In this document: piece after piece, positions 9,872 to 25,564 of the stretch
Layout of the letters: every line of letters begins with the position of its first letter
Numbering within the stretch: the stretch's first letter is position 1
Assembly: GCA_963793865.1 (NCBI GenBank)
Contig: CAWCBP010000014.1
Location: forward strand, 1 to 64,000
Direction: 5' to 3'
DNA length: 64,000 nucleotides
Source: an uncultured delta proteobacterium
Lineage (GTDB): Bacteria; Desulfobacterota; WTBG01
The notes under the pieces: generated by a model
Told to the model about the DNA's origin: nothing
What the model saw: only the letters and a program-made list of their open reading frames with translations
The model's database searches: none
Position numbers and translations under genes: made by a program

Positions 9872-10936
9872 ATGAAAAGCGTTGCTTATCTGTTATCGGG
9901 GTTCGTGATTCTTTTGCTCGCAGGGTGCGCAGGCATCGGCCCGCAGACCGTATCCCGGGACCGGTTCGATTACACAGAGGCCATTTCCGATTCGTGGAAG
10001 CGTCAGATGCTCTTTAACATGGTCAAAATTCGTTATGGGGATGCCCCGGTTTTCCTGGACGTCTCTTCGGTGATCAGCCAGTACCAGATTGCCGGGCAGA
10101 TTGATATTGGCACAACCATCAACAATAGCCCCTGGAGCACGTCTCAAACCCTGGGGGCGACCGGGCAGTATGTGGATCGTCCGACCATCACCTTCACTCC
10201 CATCATCGGGGATAAATTTGCCCGCAGCATGATGTCACCCGTCCCCCCCTCTGCCATCCTGAGCCTTGTCCAGGGCGGCTATCCGGTGGACTTTGTCTTC
10301 CGGGCGTTAGTTCATGAGATTAACGGCATTCGGAATCGCTTTGGCGGTGAAGGGAGGGCTCATGCCGCTGATCCCGAGTTCTATGCCCTGCTCGAAAGGT
10401 TGCAGCAAATCCAGTCGGCAGGGGGCATCGGGATGCGATTGAAAAAAATAGACAAGGAAGAAGCGACCTTGCTGGTTATGCGAGGGAAACGAGATCCAGC
10501 CATTGAAGCTTTGACTGTGGAGGTTCGCAGAATTTTAGGCGTGGACCCTCAGGCCGATGATTTACATGTGGTGTATGGGGCTGTTCCCAAGGACGATAAG
10601 GAGATCGCGATCCTGACCCGATCAATCCTGGAAGTCCTCGTGGATCTATCTGCGGATATTGAAGTCCCCGCCTCCGATGTGCAGGAAAAAAGGGTGTTTC
10701 CTACTTTCGCGGAAACGGTTGGGGGTGAGAAAATTCTCCCTTTGATCAGAATTCAGAATTCATCGGGAAAGCCCGGCGATGCTTTTGTGTCGGTCTCCTA
10801 TCGGGATTCATACTTCTGGATTGACGACCGGGACTTGATGTCCAAGAAAATCTTCTCTTTTTTGATGTTTGTCTTCACGCTGGTGGAGACCGGAGAAAAA
10901 GGGACTGCTCCCATCGTAACCATTCCCACGGGATAA
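9872..10936 (+). CDS. Conserved hypothetical lipoprotein
   Basis: Lipobox LAGC; GP...RDRFDY, MLFNMVKIRY, DRPTITFTP. Confidence 0.7.
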   Translation: MKSVAYLLSGFVILLLAGCAGIGPQTVSRDRFDYTEAISDSWKRQMLFNMVKIRYGDAPVFLDVSSVISQYQIAGQIDIGTTINNSPWSTSQTLGATGQYVDRPTITFTPIIGDKFARSMMSPVPPSAILSLVQGGYPVDFVFRALVHEINGIRNRFGGEGRAHAADPEFYALLERLQQIQSAGGIGMRLKKIDKEEATLLVMRGKRDPAIEALTVEVRRILGVDPQADDLHVVYGAVPKDDKEIAILTRSILEVLVDLSADIEVPASDVQEKRVFPTFAETVGGEKILPLIRIQNSSGKPGDAFVSVSYRDSYFWIDDRDLMSKKIFSFLMFVFTLVETGEKGTAPIVTIPTG

Positions 10937-11055
10937 GAATATGGGCGGACACGGCAAACATAAAAAAATTGCCTTGATAACTCCATTTTGCCATGTACAA
11001 TGGGGCCGTGTATTCCGGATTACAAAGAACAACATATATGACGGATTATAAATAA

Positions 11056-12099
11056 GTGCGTTCAGTTCTGTCAGCCATAATGGTGAGCGCCTGTTTGTGC
11101 ATAACCCTTGATCTGCTGATCACTTCATCTGCAGCGGCTGGTGAAATCTTAACCCGGGTTCGCAAAAACGGCGAAGTACGATGCGGAGTAACTGAACAGT
11201 TATTGGGATTTTCCTTCAAGGATGAGACGGGCCAGTGGCGCGGATTCAATGTTGATTTCTGCCGGGCCGTTGCCGCGGCAGCACTGGGCAATGCCGAAAA
11301 AGTAATCTTCACACCGCTCAGCGCACCAGGCCGCTTTCCGGCGCTGATCTCAGACAGGATTGATCTGCTTGCGCATACGGTCACCTGGACGTTCGGGCGG
11401 GAGGCGGGTATCGGGATAGAATTCCCCGGCATTTATTTTTATGACGGTCAGACGTTTGGGGTGCCGACCGGCACGATAAACGCAAATGGTATAGAAGATT
11501 TAAACGCCATGACCATTTGTGTGGAGAAGGGAACAACCTATGGGACAAATATGGCAGATGTTTTCAAGGGACGCGGTATACAGTATACCCCCCTGGTGCT
11601 TGATTCCAAAAAAGAGTTAGGTGAAGCTTTCCGGGGCGGGCGATGCCAGGCGCTTACTGCTGAGCGGACAGTTCTCGCGGCACTGCGGGCAGCCGTGCCG
11701 AACGGAGTCGAGCGGTATACAATCCTGCCCGGCGCAATTTCCAAGGAACCGCTTGCCCCCGCTGTACGGCGCGGTGACGATGAGTGGACAAAACTGATAC
11801 GCTGGGTTCTCTTCGCACTCATCGAGGCCGAGGAACGCGGGGTCACGAAATCGAATGTGCGTGCACTGCAGAAGGAAAGCGCTGACCCGTCGCTGCAATG
11901 GTTTCTCACCTCATGCGGACAGCGCGGAAAAGCCCTCGGACTGAAGCCTGACTGGGTGGCAGACGTGATTTCAGCGGTTGGCAACTATGGAGAGATCTAT
12001 GAGCGCAATTTCGGCGGCGGAAGCGGGCTCAATATCGAGCGGGGTTTGAACCGCCTCTGGAACCAGGGAGGCCTGCTCTACGCCCCCCCGTTTCAATAA
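11056..12099 (+). CDS. General L-amino acid ABC substrate-binding protein (AapJ/BztA type)
   Basis: GFNVDFCRAVAAA, TWTFGRE, YFYDGQ, SKEPLAPAVRRGD, GNYGEIYERN, GGLLYAPP. Confidence 0.85.
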   Translation: MRSVLSAIMVSACLCITLDLLITSSAAAGEILTRVRKNGEVRCGVTEQLLGFSFKDETGQWRGFNVDFCRAVAAAALGNAEKVIFTPLSAPGRFPALISDRIDLLAHTVTWTFGREAGIGIEFPGIYFYDGQTFGVPTGTINANGIEDLNAMTICVEKGTTYGTNMADVFKGRGIQYTPLVLDSKKELGEAFRGGRCQALTAERTVLAALRAAVPNGVERYTILPGAISKEPLAPAVRRGDDEWTKLIRWVLFALIEAEERGVTKSNVRALQKESADPSLQWFLTSCGQRGKALGLKPDWVADVISAVGNYGEIYERNFGGGSGLNIERGLNRLWNQGGLLYAPPFQ

Positions 12100-12118
12100 T
12101 AATTTCTAACGTGAAGCC

Positions 12119-13465
12119 ATGAACGCATTCGACTTCCATACCTCCGCGACGCTGGTTGTTTTTGCCGGCGTCATCCTGCTCATTGCCTTCGACCTGATTG
12201 ACATGCTGCTGGCGGCTATGATGGGGGTCAGTGCCCTCATTGTGCTGGGGACCTTTTCTGCGGGGGATGTGGTAGCCATCAGCCAGACGGCCAGCGGTCC
12301 CATTGCCCTCCTTTTTGGCGGCATGGTGGTGGCGCGGGTACTCGCGCCCACCGGTATATTCGAACTCCTGGGTACCTTTTATCTGCGCGCTACCAGGGGG
12401 AGCGGCAAGCGGTTCCTGCTGGGACTGATAATCCTGGTTGCCCCTCTCTGCGCGGTATTGCCCAATGCGACAACGGTTATTCTTCTTGCCCCGGTCATCA
12501 TTCGTGTTGCCACCGCCCTGGAGATTGATTTTGTTCCCGCCATGGTGCTGGCGGCCATCATCAGCAATTCAGCAGGCCTGCTTACCCTGGTCGGTGATCC
12601 GGCCACCTTTCTGGTGGGCAGCTCCATCGGAATGACCTTCAATCAGTACCTGGAGAGGGTGAGCCTGGGGGGATTTCTCTCCCTGCTGGTAATTGTTCCC
12701 CTGCTGCCGCGGCTGATGAAGGAGCAGTGGCAGGTGCAGCGCACCCTGCCGGGTGATTTGCGGCTCAAGCCGCTGGAGCGTCCGTGGTTTGCCCTGTTTG
12801 CGCTCATGGTGCTGGCGGTGATGGTGTTCCTCTTTATCTTCGGTGAGCGAACCCCCACCCACATTGTTCCCCCCGGTGTGGCCATCATCGTTGCCACTTT
12901 GGCGCTGCTGGTTATTTACGCCGTCAAGATTGAGCCGGTCACCAATGTGTTAAAGGATGTTGACTGGCGCACCATTATTTTCCTCATATGCCTGTTCTGC
13001 CTGGTCCAGGCCTTTAACAAGACCGGAATTCTGCAGAGCTTCTCCCAGAGCTTGTACACCTGGTTTGGCACCAACCTCATTCTCATCGCACTGATTGTAT
13101 TGGCCGGGGTGGGATGTTTGTCCAGCCTGCTTGCCAACATACCGGTAGTCGCGGCAACATTGCTCATGGTCAAAGGATACCTGGTAACGGCTGAACTGGT
13201 ACCCGATCTGGCATTAGACCCGACATTTACGGAATGGCCTGCACGGGTTATTCCCCTGTTCGTGGCCATGATGTTCTCGGCAACATTGGGCGGCAACGCA
13301 ACCCTGATAGGGGCCTCGGCCAACGTGGCGAGTACCGGCATCTGCGCCTCGCACGGCAGGCCGGTGTCATTCATCACCTTCATGCGCTACGGTGTGCCGA
13401 TAACACTCTGGCAGCTGGCCATAGCCGCGCTCTATGTCCTGGGACTTTTCTACTTCACAGGTTGA
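12119..13465 (+). CDS. ArsB/NhaD/SLC13 (ion transporter superfamily) permease
   Basis: Multi-TM; PNATT, SNSAGLLTLVGDP, LGGNATLIGASAN. Confidence 0.85.
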   Translation: MNAFDFHTSATLVVFAGVILLIAFDLIDMLLAAMMGVSALIVLGTFSAGDVVAISQTASGPIALLFGGMVVARVLAPTGIFELLGTFYLRATRGSGKRFLLGLIILVAPLCAVLPNATTVILLAPVIIRVATALEIDFVPAMVLAAIISNSAGLLTLVGDPATFLVGSSIGMTFNQYLERVSLGGFLSLLVIVPLLPRLMKEQWQVQRTLPGDLRLKPLERPWFALFALMVLAVMVFLFIFGERTPTHIVPPGVAIIVATLALLVIYAVKIEPVTNVLKDVDWRTIIFLICLFCLVQAFNKTGILQSFSQSLYTWFGTNLILIALIVLAGVGCLSSLLANIPVVAATLLMVKGYLVTAELVPDLALDPTFTEWPARVIPLFVAMMFSATLGGNATLIGASANVASTGICASHGRPVSFITFMRYGVPITLWQLAIAALYVLGLFYFTG

Positions 13466-13538
13466 TAGGGAAGTCTGTCCTTGGAAATAACGGTAATGCG
13501 TTAGGCAACCCACGCTAATTCTGCACAAGGGATTATTT

Positions 13539-14654
13539 ATGAACGGAAACGGGCGTGACATTACCAGCATTATATTGGCGGTGCTCTTTATCGGCGGGCT
13601 GATCGGCACTTCCCTCTGGATCCTGAGCCCCTTCCTTGGGCCTGCGATCTGGGCGACCACCCTGGTGGTGTCGACCTGGCCGCTCATGACCTCCGTCCAG
13701 AAATGGTTCTGGGGACGCCGTTCGCTGGCCATTACCTTGATGACCATAGTGATTTTCTGTCTTTTCATTGTGCCTTTGGGGCTTGCAATCAATGCCATCG
13801 TCACCCACTCTGAACAGATTGTGGGATGGGTGAAAGCGCTGGCAACATTCAAGATACCACCGCCTCCGGCATGGCTCATAAGCATTCCGCTTGTCGGCGG
13901 TAAAGCGGCAGAATTCTGGCAAAGAATCGCCGATTCGGGCATTGAGGATTTTGTGGTAATGGCGGCACCTTATGCCGGCGGAGTGATCAAGTGGTTTGTT
14001 GCCAAGATAGGCGGTTTCGGTCTCCTGTTTGTCCAGTTCCTCCTCACCGTCTTGTTCGCGGTGATTCTCTATGCTAACGGAGAAAAGGCGGCCAAGGGGG
14101 TCAGGGATTTCGCACGCCGCCTGGCAGGACACCGTGGGGAGTCTTCGGTCCATCTGGCCGGCCAGTCGATCCGCGGCGTTGCCATGGGTGTGGTGCTGAC
14201 TGCGCTTTCACAGACGGCAGTTGGCGGCATCGGCCTCGCCGTGTGCGGCATTCCCTTTGCCGCCGTCCTCACGGCAGCGATGTTCATGCTGGCCATTGCA
14301 CAGATCGGCGCCATACTGGTCATGATTCCATCGGTGGTGTGGCTCTACTGGAGCGGCAGTACGGGATGGGGAACTGTGCTTCTGGTCTGGACCCTGGTGG
14401 TGGGCATTATGGACAACCTTATACGCCCTATTCTGATAAAAAGAGGGGCCAACCTTTCCCTGATGCTGGTTTTCTCCGGGGTGGTGGGGGGCCTCATCGC
14501 CTTCGGGTTCATCGGCATTTTCATCGGCCCGGTGGTGCTCGCCGTCGCCCGGACGCTGCTGAGTGCCTGGATGTATAGTGATGACTCCACTCAAGAAGAA
14601 TCTGCCCCGCTGGACAACGGCGGGGTCAGGTCTCAACAACAGATAAATGCCTGA
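13539..14654 (+). CDS. AI-2E family transporter (YdiK-like)
   Basis: Multi-TM; DNLIRPILI, GGLIAFGFIGIFIGPVVLA. Confidence 0.85.
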   Translation: MNGNGRDITSIILAVLFIGGLIGTSLWILSPFLGPAIWATTLVVSTWPLMTSVQKWFWGRRSLAITLMTIVIFCLFIVPLGLAINAIVTHSEQIVGWVKALATFKIPPPPAWLISIPLVGGKAAEFWQRIADSGIEDFVVMAAPYAGGVIKWFVAKIGGFGLLFVQFLLTVLFAVILYANGEKAAKGVRDFARRLAGHRGESSVHLAGQSIRGVAMGVVLTALSQTAVGGIGLAVCGIPFAAVLTAAMFMLAIAQIGAILVMIPSVVWLYWSGSTGWGTVLLVWTLVVGIMDNLIRPILIKRGANLSLMLVFSGVVGGLIAFGFIGIFIGPVVLAVARTLLSAWMYSDDSTQEESAPLDNGGVRSQQQINA

Positions 14655-14753
14655 ACGCGAAGTGCATTCCTTATGGTGCGGATGCAATGACAAGATCACG
14701 CACATATATGCTTTTTGAAGTAAAACGCATATCCCTGATGGGAAGAAAGTCAC

Positions 14754-15485
14754 ATGGAAATGAGGAAACATATGGGTAAGACGATAGCACCGAGAATGAA
14801 AGACATCGTATCGCTAGGAGTCATGCTGCTGATACTGGGCGGATGTGCGTCGGCCACGGTGAAACCGCTAAAGAAAGCTGCCGGGACGCTCCCCCGACCG
14901 GATGTGGTCATTATTAATGACTTTGCGGTTAAATCAGCGGAAGTGAAGCTGGATCAGGGCATGATGGCCAAGGTCATGCGTGACAGCGACAGCAAGTCCG
15001 TATCGGAGGAAGAGGATAAAATCGGCCACGTGGTAGCTGACAGGCTCTCGGAGTTTTTGGTGGAGGAACTTCGTGCTAAAGGTATTCCGGCAACCCGTGC
15101 CGGCAGCACGGTAAAACCCTCGGCGACCACGCTGACGCTTACCGGGCAGTTTCTCACCATTGATAAAGGCAATCAAACAAAACGCGTGTGGGTCGGTTTC
15201 GGAATGGGAGGTTCAGAGCTTGGCACTCGCATGCAGGCCTGGCAGGGTGGAAAAATGATCGCCGAGGCTGAGACCGTGACAACGAGCAGCCTCAAACCGG
15301 GCATGTTAACCAGCCTTGGTGTGGGGGCAGCTGCAACAAGCGTTGTGCCGCTGGTTGTGGGTGGAGTAACTACCGGGGTAAGCGAGACGGTTCGGGGAAC
15401 GATTGAGGCAGATGCCAGGCGCACCGCTAAAGAAGTTGCCAAGCGGGTGGAAACAGCCTACCGTGACAGGGGATGGCTGCCCTAG
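14754..15485 (+). CDS. DUF4410-like lipoprotein (start uncertain)
   Basis: Lipobox LGGC; GQFLTIDKGNQTKRVWVGFGMG. Confidence 0.7.
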   Translation: MEMRKHMGKTIAPRMKDIVSLGVMLLILGGCASATVKPLKKAAGTLPRPDVVIINDFAVKSAEVKLDQGMMAKVMRDSDSKSVSEEEDKIGHVVADRLSEFLVEELRAKGIPATRAGSTVKPSATTLTLTGQFLTIDKGNQTKRVWVGFGMGGSELGTRMQAWQGGKMIAEAETVTTSSLKPGMLTSLGVGAAATSVVPLVVGGVTTGVSETVRGTIEADARRTAKEVAKRVETAYRDRGWLP

Positions 15486-15638
15486 CAGGCTGTTGAAAAA
15501 CACCCATCTGCTGCGTTACGCTCATCCTTCGTCATTGCGGCGTACCGAAAAGTACGCCTCATTACTCAGGATTTCGCGTGCCTTGCATCTGGATGTTTTT
15601 GACCAGCCTGGGGAAAATTACTTTTTCAACAACCCGCT
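15483..15638. mobile_element. MITE-like repeat copy 2
   Basis: TAGCAGGCTGTTGAAAAAC...GTTTTTGACCAGCCTG...TTTTTCAACAACCCGCT; begins at the TAG stop of the upstream gene. Confidence 0.85.
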
Positions 15639-15643
15639 CGTGG

Positions 15644-16913
15644 CTACTTATTCAACAGGGCGGCAATCCCCGGGAGCACTTTCCCTTCCACCAGCGCAAG
15701 CGAAGCGCCGCCGCCGGTCGAGATGTGGGTCATTTTCCCCGCCAGTCCCGCCCGGTTCACCGCCAATATGGTATCCCCGCCGCCGATCACCGTAATAGCC
15801 CCGTGGAGACTTGCAACTATTTCTGCTACCTCAAGAGTGCCCCTGGAGAACTTTTGCATTTCGAAGACACCCATGGGTCCGTTCCAGAAAACGGTTTTGG
15901 CGGTTGATAACGCCTTTCTGATTGCATCGATGGTTTTAGGGCCGATGTCCATTACCATCATATCGGGCGGTATCTTGTCGCAGTCGACGGTTCTGGTTTC
16001 CGCATCTTCTGAAAACTCGCTGCCGACAACCATGTCAACCGGAAGAACCAAAGGAATCCGGTTGACGGTTGCTTTCTCTATAAGAGAACCGGCCAGGTCA
16101 AGCTGGTCTTCTTCCACCAGCGACTTGCCTGTCTGAAGCCCTTTTGCCCTGAGGAAGGTATTGGCCATCGCGCCGCCGATAACCAGGCAATCCACCTTTT
16201 TCAGGAGCGTGTAAATCATGGTGATCTTGGAAGACACCTTCGCGCCTCCCAGGATGGCCACGGAAGGCCTGATCGGGCCTTTTACCACCTTGTCTTCCAG
16301 GTAATCGAGCTCCTTTTCCATGAGCAGGCCGGCAACCGCCGGAAGGAACTTGGCAACGGTGGCGGTTGAGGCATGCTCGCGGTGAGCGGTGCCGAAGGCG
16401 TCATTCACAAAAATATCGCCGTATGCCGCAAGTTCCCTGGCAAAAGTCTCACGCACGGCCGCATCCTTTGATTTTTCACCCTGGTGCAGCCGCGTGTTTT
16501 CCAGCATCAGCACCTGTCCGTCGCTCAGGCCGTTAACCATGGCCGCTGTTTCCGGACCGATGCATGAGGGGGCAAATTTCACCTCCCGGTCCAGAAGTTC
16601 CGAAAACCGGCGCGCCACCGGCGCCATTTTGAACTTGCCCTCGGAGAACTTCTTTTCATCAAAGGACTTGCCGTCCTTCTCAGACTTTTCACGCGCCTTG
16701 GGAATATCTTTATCAGGGTCCCCCAGGTGCGACATGAGCACAATGTTTTTGGCGCCCTGGCTGAAGACGTAGTTGAATCGTCGGCAGCGCCGCCCGGATC
16801 CTGGTATCGTCCTGCACCACGCCGTCCTTCATGGGAACATTAAAGTCAACCCGCATGAGCACCCGTTTGCCCCTGAAGTCCACGTCCCTTACGGTCTTTT
16901 TGTTAATCGCCAT
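15644..16913 (-). CDS. pgk: Phosphoglycerate kinase (frameshift near 16775)
   Basis: [11 protein letters not shown] in one frame joined to [30 protein letters not shown] in the next. Confidence 0.95.
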
Positions 16914-16970
16914 GTACGGCCCCCCGTTTATGGTTCGCATGCGGTTCATAGGGTTTGTCCAGGTGCTCTT

Positions 16971-18047
<1,077 letters not shown>

Positions 18048-18128
18048 TTAGATTTTATTCTCCCACGCAGCGATGATGATAAAAATTATTTGCGTTTTCT
18101 TGAACCCTCTAATCTGAACCCTTGTATT

Positions 18129-18878
18129 TTACTTTTTTGCTTTTCCCTGGCCGGCGACAGCCTCCATCGCCTGCTTCACTTTTTCCTCATCGCCGATGTA
18201 GTAGTTTTTGAGCGGCTTGAGGTTTTTGTCCAGCTCGTACACGAGAGGCATTCCGGTGGGAATGTTAAGCTCAGGGATCACGTCGTCAGGGATGTTATCA
18301 AGGTATTTCACCAGGGCGCGCAGGCTGTTGCCGTGCGCGGCGATGATGACCCGCTGCCCGGCCCTGATGACGGGGGTAATCACCTCATGCCAGCAGGGTA
18401 GAAACCGCTCAACGGTGTCCTTCAGGCACTCGGTGAGTGGCGCCTGGTCTTTTTTAAGCGACCGGTAGCGCGGGTCTCCGGCAGGATTCCTCGGGTCATG
18501 CTCTTCCAGCGCCGGGGGCCGGATATCGTAACTCCTGCGCCAGACCTTGACCTGCTGCTCCCCGAACTTTTCCGCCGTCTGGGCCTTGTTGAGTCCCTGC
18601 AGCGCGCCGTAGTGCCGTTCGTTCAGGCGCCAGTCCCTGACCACCGGAATCCACATCAGGTCCATCTCATCGAGCACAATCCAGAGGGTGCGTATCGCCC
18701 GCTTTAAAACAGAGGTGAAGGCAATATCAAATACAAAACCCTTATCCTTGAGAACCCGGCCTGCTTCATGTGCCTCTTGGGTACCTTTGTCCGACAGGTC
18801 AACGTCGGTCCAGCCGGTAAAAAGGTTTTCCTTGTTCCAGATGCTCTCGCCGTGCCGCAACAATACTACGGTGTACAT
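18129..18878 (-). CDS. gpmA: 2,3-bisphosphoglycerate-dependent phosphoglycerate mutase
   Basis: [33 protein letters not shown]. Confidence 0.95.
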   Translation of the reverse strand: MYTVVLLRHGESIWNKENLFTGWTDVDLSDKGTQEAHEAGRVLKDKGFVFDIAFTSVLKRAIRTLWIVLDEMDLMWIPVVRDWRLNERHYGALQGLNKAQTAEKFGEQQVKVWRRSYDIRPPALEEHDPRNPAGDPRYRSLKKDQAPLTECLKDTVERFLPCWHEVITPVIRAGQRVIIAAHGNSLRALVKYLDNIPDDVIPELNIPTGMPLVYELDKNLKPLKNYYIGDEEKVKQAMEAVAGQGKAKK

Positions 18879-18894
18879 GAGGTGGACGTCCTTT

Positions 18895-20427
<1,533 letters not shown>

Positions 20428-20595
20428 TTAATATTGGGTATAGGGAAATAAGCCACATAATTTCAAATAGATGGATGACCTTTGCGCACAAAGCTTGAAA
20501 TGTGTGCCGAATGGTTTGCAATCTCATGCGACACAGTGTAAAGTTAATCAAAGCGTACCAGGTTGTGCTCAACCTATTGCCGGAGGATAACCAAC

Positions 20596-21941
<1,346 letters not shown>

Positions 21942-22011
21942 TGGCTAGGGGGACGCTCTTAAATAAGTAAATTGACAAGATTGACACAGATCTGGGTTAG
22001 GAAAAAATGGA

Positions 22012-22083
22012 TCGCAGCTGAAGCTGCTCCTACCCTCTTATGAGACATAAGATATTTTTCCCCCGGTAGGAGCGGCCTCGGGC
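22012..22083. repeat. GTAGGAGC-type REP-like elements; related copies at 38580-38629, 54495-54516, 54788-54810, 57108-57129
   Basis: TCGCAGCTGAAGCTGCTCCTAC and GTAGGAGCGGCC...; consensus GTAGGAGCGGCTTTAGCCGCGA. Confidence 0.75.
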
Positions 22084-22166
22084 TCATCTATGATGACCGG
22101 CTTTACACCTTCAGTTTTCCCCAGCAGCCGGCATTCATCCGGCCGGAGATAGCCCCGGGGGGGAAA

Positions 22167-22242
22167 GGGGACGCCCTTAAATATGTAAGTTAGTAAGTTA
22201 GCGGGAATGAGCAGAGAATCTTAGAATTTTAAGGGCGTCCCC
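22167..22242. repeat. 15-bp inverted repeat element GGGGACGCCCTTAAA; third partial copy near 21949
   Basis: GGGGACGCCCTTAAA ... TTTAAGGGCGTCCCC abutting the pgi stop. Confidence 0.7.
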
Positions 22243-22243
22243 C

Positions 22244-23907
<1,664 letters not shown>

Positions 23908-24109
23908 GGCGAACTCCTTGATGAGCGAGTTAAAAACAGAAGTCAGGAGTAGTGAGTGAATCAGAAGGTCCGGATATGAGTTGCGCGATACGTCGGCGAA
24001 CATTTCAATTATTCGCATTACTCCAACTAAAACTGTCTTACCGGGTTCGATCGTTCGATGTTCCGATCATTGTTGAACTGTTTCATTTACGCTCCTCTAT
24101 CCTTCTCCT

Positions 24110-25537
24110 CTACTTGCTCAAATCCATCAGCTCGATGCGGTTGTTGGTTTCAGGGTGTTTGGGCGAAGGACCTTCGGTCAGGACCGCCAGATTTCCTTGA
24201 AACCGTAGGATTTCATCAGGTCCCGGGCAAATACTTTCCAGTTGTCCGGGAAGTCGGCTACCTGCACCGGATTGACACCATACGAAAACTGGAGGCGCTG
24301 ACAGATTGATTGGTCGTTGCTCACCGCGGTGATCCAAACCGGAAGCCTGAACCGGCTGATGCGCCGTGCGGTTGCGCCGCTTCTGGTGGGAATAATGACT
24401 GCCGCCGGGGATGTGGCAACCACAGCGGTGGCTACATTGAGAGCAATGATGTCGGTAATATTCATGGTGCCGGTTTTGATATCCTTCTGCAGGGATTCCC
24501 GCAGGGGAAACCGGGAGCGGTGGGGCTCAACCGCCGCGGCAATCCGGCCAAGCATCTCCACCGATTCCACCGGATACGAGCCCATTGCCGATTCAGCGGA
24601 TAGCATGACGCAGTCGGTGCCGTCCAGGATGGCATTGGCCACATCAGTGGCCTCCGCCCGGGTGGGACGCCGGTTGCCGGTCATGGACTCGAGCATCTGG
24701 GTTGCCGTGATCACCGGCTTTCCCATCAGGTTGGCTTTTTTCATCAGCTCCTTCTGCACGATGGCGATTTGTTCTATGGGAATCTCCACCCCCAGGTCGC
24801 CCCGGGCAATCATGATGCCGTCGGATGCCTCAAGGATACCATCAATGTGATTGAGCGCCCCCGCTCGCTCGATCTTGGCAATGATAAATGGATTGTATCC
24901 CAGCGCCGCCGCGGCGCCGCGCACCGCATCAATATCCGTCGCTGTCTCGACGAAAGACTGGCTGACCGCATCAATACCCTGATCCATGGCAAAGGCAAGC
25001 CAGCTGCGGTCCTTTTCGGTGAAGGCGCTGATGCCGAGATTGATTCCGGGTAGGTTGAGGCCCTTCCGCGAGCGGAGCTCCCCGCCGACCAGCACCCGGC
25101 AGCTCACATCCCTCCCGGTTGCCTGAAGCACCTCAAGTTCAATGTTGCCATCATTGATAAAAAGTTTGTCGCCGGACTTTACCACCTGCGGAAGTCGGTC
25201 AAAACTTACTGATACCCTGGTTGAGCTGCCGGCCACTTCTTCCGTGGTGAGAGTGAAGGTGTCGCCTTTTTTCAGCTCCAACGGCTCATCAGCGAATGTG
25301 CCAATGCGCATCTTGGGGCCGGGCAGATCGGCCATAATGGCAACACGGCGGCCCGCCTTTTTGGCAGCGGCGCGAATGGTTTCAATCATCTTTATTTTGC
25401 CCGCGAAATCGCCGTGCGAAAAATTAAGGCGCGCCACATCCATGCCGGCACGGATCATGGTCTCCATGATCTCCGGCTTTTCTGATGCGGGGCCGATGGT
25501 GCAGACAATTCTGGTCTTATGTGCCGGACAGCGTCAT
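24110..25537 (-). CDS. pyk: Pyruvate kinase (frameshifts near 25528 and 24200)
   Basis: KTRIVCTIGP, ARLNFSHG, DLPGPK, MIARGDLGVE, PTRAE; C-terminus LTEGPS...NNRIELMDL in shifted frame. Confidence 0.93.
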
Positions 25538-25564
25538 CAGGGGATTGCTCCTCATGCAATGTGT

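Noticed and set aside
13485..13510. GTTAGGC as an attC remnant
   Set aside because: No matching left box or hairpin of adequate length
15403..15907. ORFs spanning MITE copies (also 2573-2767, 18688-19237, N-terminal extensions of gpmA and pfk)
   Set aside because: They translate repeat DNA or antisense strands of real genes
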